The position numbers were made by a program, and so were the translations under genes. A stretch of 64,000 nucleotides of DNA from a virus (Duplodnaviria > Caudoviricetes): the IMG/VR virus record IMGVR_UViG_3300028888_000049; one strand, given 5' to 3'. Below are positions 63,859-64,000 of the stretch, piece after piece. Each line of letters begins with the position of its first letter. The stretch's first letter is position 1. The notes below the pieces were generated by a model. The model ran no database searches and was not told the DNA's origin. It saw only the letters and a program-made list of their open reading frames with translations.

Positions 63859-64000
63859 CCTTTTTTAAGTCCTATACATTTGTTAACTGTTAGTTGGTTA
63901 TAGTTATTGGTTTTTAAGCCTTTTTATAACTATGTATGTATTGTATAGAACATCATTTTATATGTCTAATTTTGATATAAAATTTCCAAGTCTACTAAAT

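Noticed and set aside
1473-63893. Short overlapping or antisense ORFs in the track (1473, 3875, 4054, 6363, 6594, 11759, 13413, 22239, 22927, 22952, 25180, 26724, 26938, 28503, 28865, 29146, 29624, 34544, 44580, 50810, 51104, 52288, 57989, 59001, 61760, 62719, 62940, 63708)
   Set aside because: Shadow frames of well-supported genes, with no RBS and atypical composition.
1-64000. Stop-codon reassignment (code 15 or code 4)
   Set aside because: Long conserved genes are intact in code 11, and TAG/TGA end genes directly before the next RBS or start.
1-64000. CRISPR array, tRNA or rRNA genes
   Set aside because: No regularly spaced repeat-spacer run or cloverleaf seen by eye; tRNAscan and CRISPR finders were not run.

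Overview
This is a very AT-rich, gene-dense segment of a large (probably jumbo) T4-like-capsid bacteriophage using the standard genetic code. Recognisable genes: Gp23-like major capsid protein, a class III ribonucleotide reductase split into two ORFs plus NrdG, NAD-dependent DNA ligase, dCMP deaminase, IbrA/IbrB, a ClpB-like ATPase with a dead first ATPase domain, Hsp20, an AAA+ ATPase, a DUF2201-type VWA/HEXXH protein, a stand-alone receiver domain, an RNA polymerase alpha-CTD-like protein and two GIY-YIG nuclease genes. Most of the rest is about 100 small hypothetical genes. Most notable unexplained structure: (1) about 30 dispersed, very divergent ~100-aa ORFs that share one C-terminal helix, (D/E)x(E/D)KLxxxxK(I/L)xG; (2) a cluster of putative virion cargo polyproteins beside the capsid gene, with a shared N-terminal leader and L-x-E sites between shuffled modules, two carrying ADP-ribosyltransferase-like domains; (3) a structured ~170-nt RNA at 21.0-21.17 kb carrying an anti-Shine-Dalgarno sequence; (4) two promoter classes, TTTAC(A/T)..TA(T)AAT and GTTCTA; (5) local strand-skew flips around the capsid and nrdD loci. 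The supplied ORF 60017..60991 is actually on the minus strand, and several starts were moved to RBS-supported ATGs. All product calls come from motifs recognised by eye; no searches were run.
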